A stretch of 64,000 nt of DNA, taken from positions 50,035,815-50,099,814 of the forward strand of contig NC_058368.1 of NCBI RefSeq assembly GCF_018350175.1, written 5' to 3'. The notes under the pieces were generated by a model. It was given only the letters and a program-made list of their open reading frames with translations. It had not been told where the DNA came from and did not search any database. Positions 60,279-64,000 of the stretch are shown piece after piece. This DNA comes from Felis catus (taxonomy: Eukaryota). Position numbers and translations under genes: made by a program. Positions within the stretch are counted from its first letter, which is position 1, and each line of letters opens with the position of its first letter.

Positions 60279-62314
60279 CTCGATTTTTAATGGAAGAGAG
60301 GAGAGAGAGGTGTTTTTAATTCTTTGACAGCTTTAGAAATTGACTGAAAAGCGGGACAGGTCCTTGATGTGTGCTGGCCTGGGGCTTCTGGCTGTGGAAA
60401 CAATGCCTGATATGGGCTCTCTCATTTGAAGGCGAACACTCAGTCATTCCCTTGAATGGAAAAATTAGGGCAGACCCATCTTTTGTGAATTGTTTCATGA
60501 TGTGTGTCCTGTGTTCCACAGTGACTTTTGGTGGTAAATGTTCCTTGGGTTTTGTTTTTGTTCTGTTTTGTTTTGTTTTTTGCGTTACTTAGGTTGAAAT
60601 GATTGGCATGATGATGATCATATGTGTATCTTAAATATGATCTAGTAGTTGATCAACCAGTTAATATGTAACTCCATTTGGAACCAGTTATGAGACCATT
60701 GGAAGCTCATGGCCTAGTTTTTGTTGCAAACATCACTTTCCCTCTTTTAAAACAACTTAAATGGGCACTATGTTTTTATACTGTGATTCACACAAAAATA
60801 TGATTGAGAGACATTTTTGGATTCTAAACATCTTTTACATGGCTGCTTGAAAGGAATTGAAAAATTTAAACGAGATGAGTGTCTGCTGACTTGCATTAGT
60901 GGATGTTTTGCTGATAACCAGTCTGGTATGAAGTGGTCTTTGAGAAGTTCCCAGAATGTTTGGGATTTAAGTCATGTGGATTATGTGGTCAGGATTGGAA
61001 TGGAGAGATGATGGAGCGTTAGAGAAGCGTGTTGCTCACATTTTGTGGGAAATCTCATCCAGCCGTAGGATTAAAATAAAACCATAAAGGAGACAATAGA
61101 GGGTGTGAAGGTAGCTCCCATTTGTTTATTAAATTAATACATTTCATAGCAAAAGAAATGACTTTTTTTGAAATTTGTGAACTTGTACTTATTGCCTGTA
61201 TACTTAGCTGATATTTTCTTTCACAAAATATGCCCTTTGAAAACTTCCTATCATGGGCTTCTCTGGAGGCTATGGGTGGTAAGACAGGTTTGGCAGTGGT
61301 GTTTATGCGGAGTCTGCTTTTGGCCTGTCTCTCCACCCTTAATATGCTCTGGAGAGTAATTAACTTCATAGGAAGCTTCTCACCCAAGAGCTTCCTGCTT
61401 GGTCCTGTTTCTTCTTAGCTACTTTCCAATAGGATGGCCAGTCAGCACACGGGACGCACGCTGGAAGAGGCGCTAGCCTGGACTCTAGTGTGTAGTCTTT
61501 TTGTTTGTTTGGGTTTTTTTGTTGTTGTTGTTTGTTTGTTTTTTAGAGGGCTCATGTATTTCTACATATCATTTGTGTGCTGTGAAGTAGATAGGGCAAG
61601 TATCAGTGTTTTTTGTTTTTGTTTCAATCAGGGGACTGAGCAGTGGCTTGTCAGAAGTGTGTCCATTGAGATGGGTCCAGGGTTAAACCCCAGCCCTTGT
61701 TGTCTGATGTACCTCTCAGGTTAGTTCAGGTAATGGTTTTATTTAGCTGCATTAGGGAAATATGGAAAGGGGCACAAAAAAGTAGAAAAAACCCAAGTTT
61801 TTATAGAAGGCAAGGTGTGACTGTAACTACGCAGTGATTATTACTCGTTTGTGTTGACTTCTGTTAGCTTATGAGGGAAACACGTAGTCTTTATTTTTTT
61901 AGCTCCTATGAATCACAACCTCATTACGTAAAATGTATCACACCTCAAATAATTTACTAATGAGTAAGGTTCAAAATTTTTGAACACAATAGTAATTGTT
62001 AGATTAGAACTTCTAGTTTGTTCTTTCAAAATTCTGGAATTTCTGCGCACTGAATCTTTCTTAAAATAAGGATGGGTTTATATTTTAAAGTATGATTTAA
62101 TTGTTTTAACAAGCTGCCTTCACTGTATTTTGAGTTCCTTTACAGGTTTCTACAATATTTACGCTTTCCAGGATACAGAAGGTAGTCTAGTGGATTTTTA
62201 TAATGTAGTAAATCAGTCTCTTCCTTTAATTAAAGGATGTCATGTCTGGCAAAACAGACTTTTGTTTGTTGGATAAGATGAAACTTCTTGTCTTCATTGT
62301 ACAGATGGATGGTA

Positions 62315-62530
62315 ATGGCTAATTACACTAGCTAACGTTTGTCAGTGTTCCTCCTGAGGCAAGGGTTGAGTGTTTCATATATTTTATCTCATTTAATTCT
62401 CAGTCGCCCTATGAGGGAGGGTACCTTGTGTCTCCATGGCACAGATGAGAACATTAACAAAGTTAATCTGGCTTGTCCAGAGTTACAGGTAGAAAATGGC
62501 AGGGCAGGGATTCCTGAGCTGGCCTCACTG
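62315..62530 (-). mobile_element. MIR
   Basis: tagctaacgttt...atctcatttaattctcag...ccctatgagg...acagatgagaaca. Confidence 0.75.
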
Positions 62531-63244
62531 GGAACGGTAGATACCATATTGTATGTTTCTTAAGGAATGTGGCCCAGGTAGTCCTGTAGACCAAACATCC
62601 CTGCTATAAATTTACGCTTTCTTTTTGTGGTTTCAAACACTAGGAAAAACTTTTTTGTTTTAGTCCCCTAGGATGGGTCTTAGATGACTTTATATTTACA
62701 TGGATATATAATTTGCTAATTAAAAATTTGTACTTTACAATAAACAGATGTTTTGAATTACTGAGGTTGGGGTAGCTAGCATATGTAGTATGAATAATTT
62801 CTAATGTTCATGAAAATATCCAGGGAATCTCTTAAACCACTTAAAGATAATTTTTCATTTTTCATTTCAAGTACCGTATTTGCTTTCTTTGTCTCTCTCG
62901 CACACATAATCATTATATATTAAGACTCAGTTTTCTTTTATCCAGGAACATAATAAAAAAATTAATGGAACATTTTTAACTTACAGAGTTACCTATTACA
63001 CCCAGAAGAGTGGAGGATTATCTTAAAGGGCATATTACATGGTGAAATACACTAATTTAGATTAAAAAAAATCTAAATATAGATTGGAAGACAAGTTAAT
63101 TTTTTTAGTTTAGGAATATTTGGTGTATGATGCAGTTGGAATACTTTCTTGCTGAGTACTTACAAAATGCTGTAGGTTTTTGGTTGCATGTGGATGGTTC
63201 TGTAATTTTCTAGGAAGTTGTAATTAATACATTAAGTATTCTTT

Positions 63245-63488
63245 TTTATATTAAATTAAAATTTTTTTAAATTTTAGAGACAAAGCATGTGAGTGGGGCA
63301 GGGGTTGGAGGCAGGGAAGGAAGGAGAGACACACACAGAGAGAGACAGAGAGAGAGAGAATGAATCTTAAGAAGGCTCCATGCTCAGTGCAGAGCATCAT
63401 GTGGGGCTTGATCCCATGACCCTGGGATCATGACCTGAGCTGAAATCAAGAGTTGGAAGCTTAACCAACTGAGCCACCCAGGTGCCCC
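63245..63488 (-). mobile_element. Can-SINE
   Basis: TSD tacattaagtattcttt at 63228-63244 and 63489-63505. Confidence 0.95.
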
Positions 63489-63519
63489 TACATTAAGTAT
63501 TCTTTACAAGTGATCTACT

Positions 63520-63900
63520 TTCATGACATGAGTTTAAATTTCATGTAGTTTTCTGTTTTGTGGTTATATCCTAATTTAAAAAAATTCTTATTGGCCATTT
63601 AGGATGTTTATAATTGTTGCTGTTACACATAATGCTGTGAAACAATCCTGTCATGTCTTTGTGTTCTTGTCCTGCTGTTGTAGTATAAATTCCTGGATCT
63701 GCACTTGGTGTGCCTCAGAGTATGCATATTTAAGACTTCAAATACATATCCCAAGTTGCCTTCTAGAATGGTGGTATGGTTTTATAATACCTTCAGTAAT
63801 GTACAGAGAATGCCAGATTCCCATGTCCTTAATCTATGGACTCTTACTTAAAAATCTTTGTTTATCTTTTATATTCTGTTTTCTTTATAAATACAGTATA
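63520..63900 (-). mobile_element. Old L1 fragment
   Basis: ataatgctgtgaaacaatcctg, taaattcctgg, gagtatgcatatt, ccaagttgccttctag. Confidence 0.6.
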
Positions 63901-63952
63901 AAATGGAGTCTGGTTTTATATTATCAATATTTAGATTTTGAAAATATTATAG

Positions 63953-63956
63953 ATAT

Positions 63957-64000
<44 letters not shown>
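63953..64000. repeat. (CA)n(TA)n microsatellite running off the window end
   Basis: Direct reading. Confidence 0.95.

Noticed and set aside
62305..62311. 7-nt microexon-like tacag|atggatg|gtaatg
   Set aside because: Not a multiple of three, and the donor lies in the tail of a MIR

Overview
Mammalian genomic DNA, almost certainly from a cat-family carnivore: it is saturated with tRNA-derived Can-SINEs, including young SINEC_Fc-type copies. I find no convincing protein-coding exon or RNA gene. The ORF track is explained by SINE, L1 and microsatellite translations plus chance ORFs. I count about 44 Can-SINEs (32 minus, 12 plus), many mostly antisense L1 fragments, L2/MIR remnants, hAT DNA transposons (MER20, MER58A, MER102, MER5-like, Charlie1-like) and 2-3 solo LTRs. 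The orientation bias and T-rich plus strand suggest one large intron of an unidentified plus-strand gene. The most notable observations are mechanistic: a twin-primed inverted L1, repeated insertion at one target site, closely spaced inverted SINE pairs, a SINE-head fold-back hairpin, a solo LTR with a 4-bp TSD and a strong CTCF motif. There are also a few candidate cryptic or non-coding exons, one with a hairpin-masked donor. I see no evidence of a novel biological system. Repeat family names come from recalled consensus sequences, not a database search, and boundaries are approximate.
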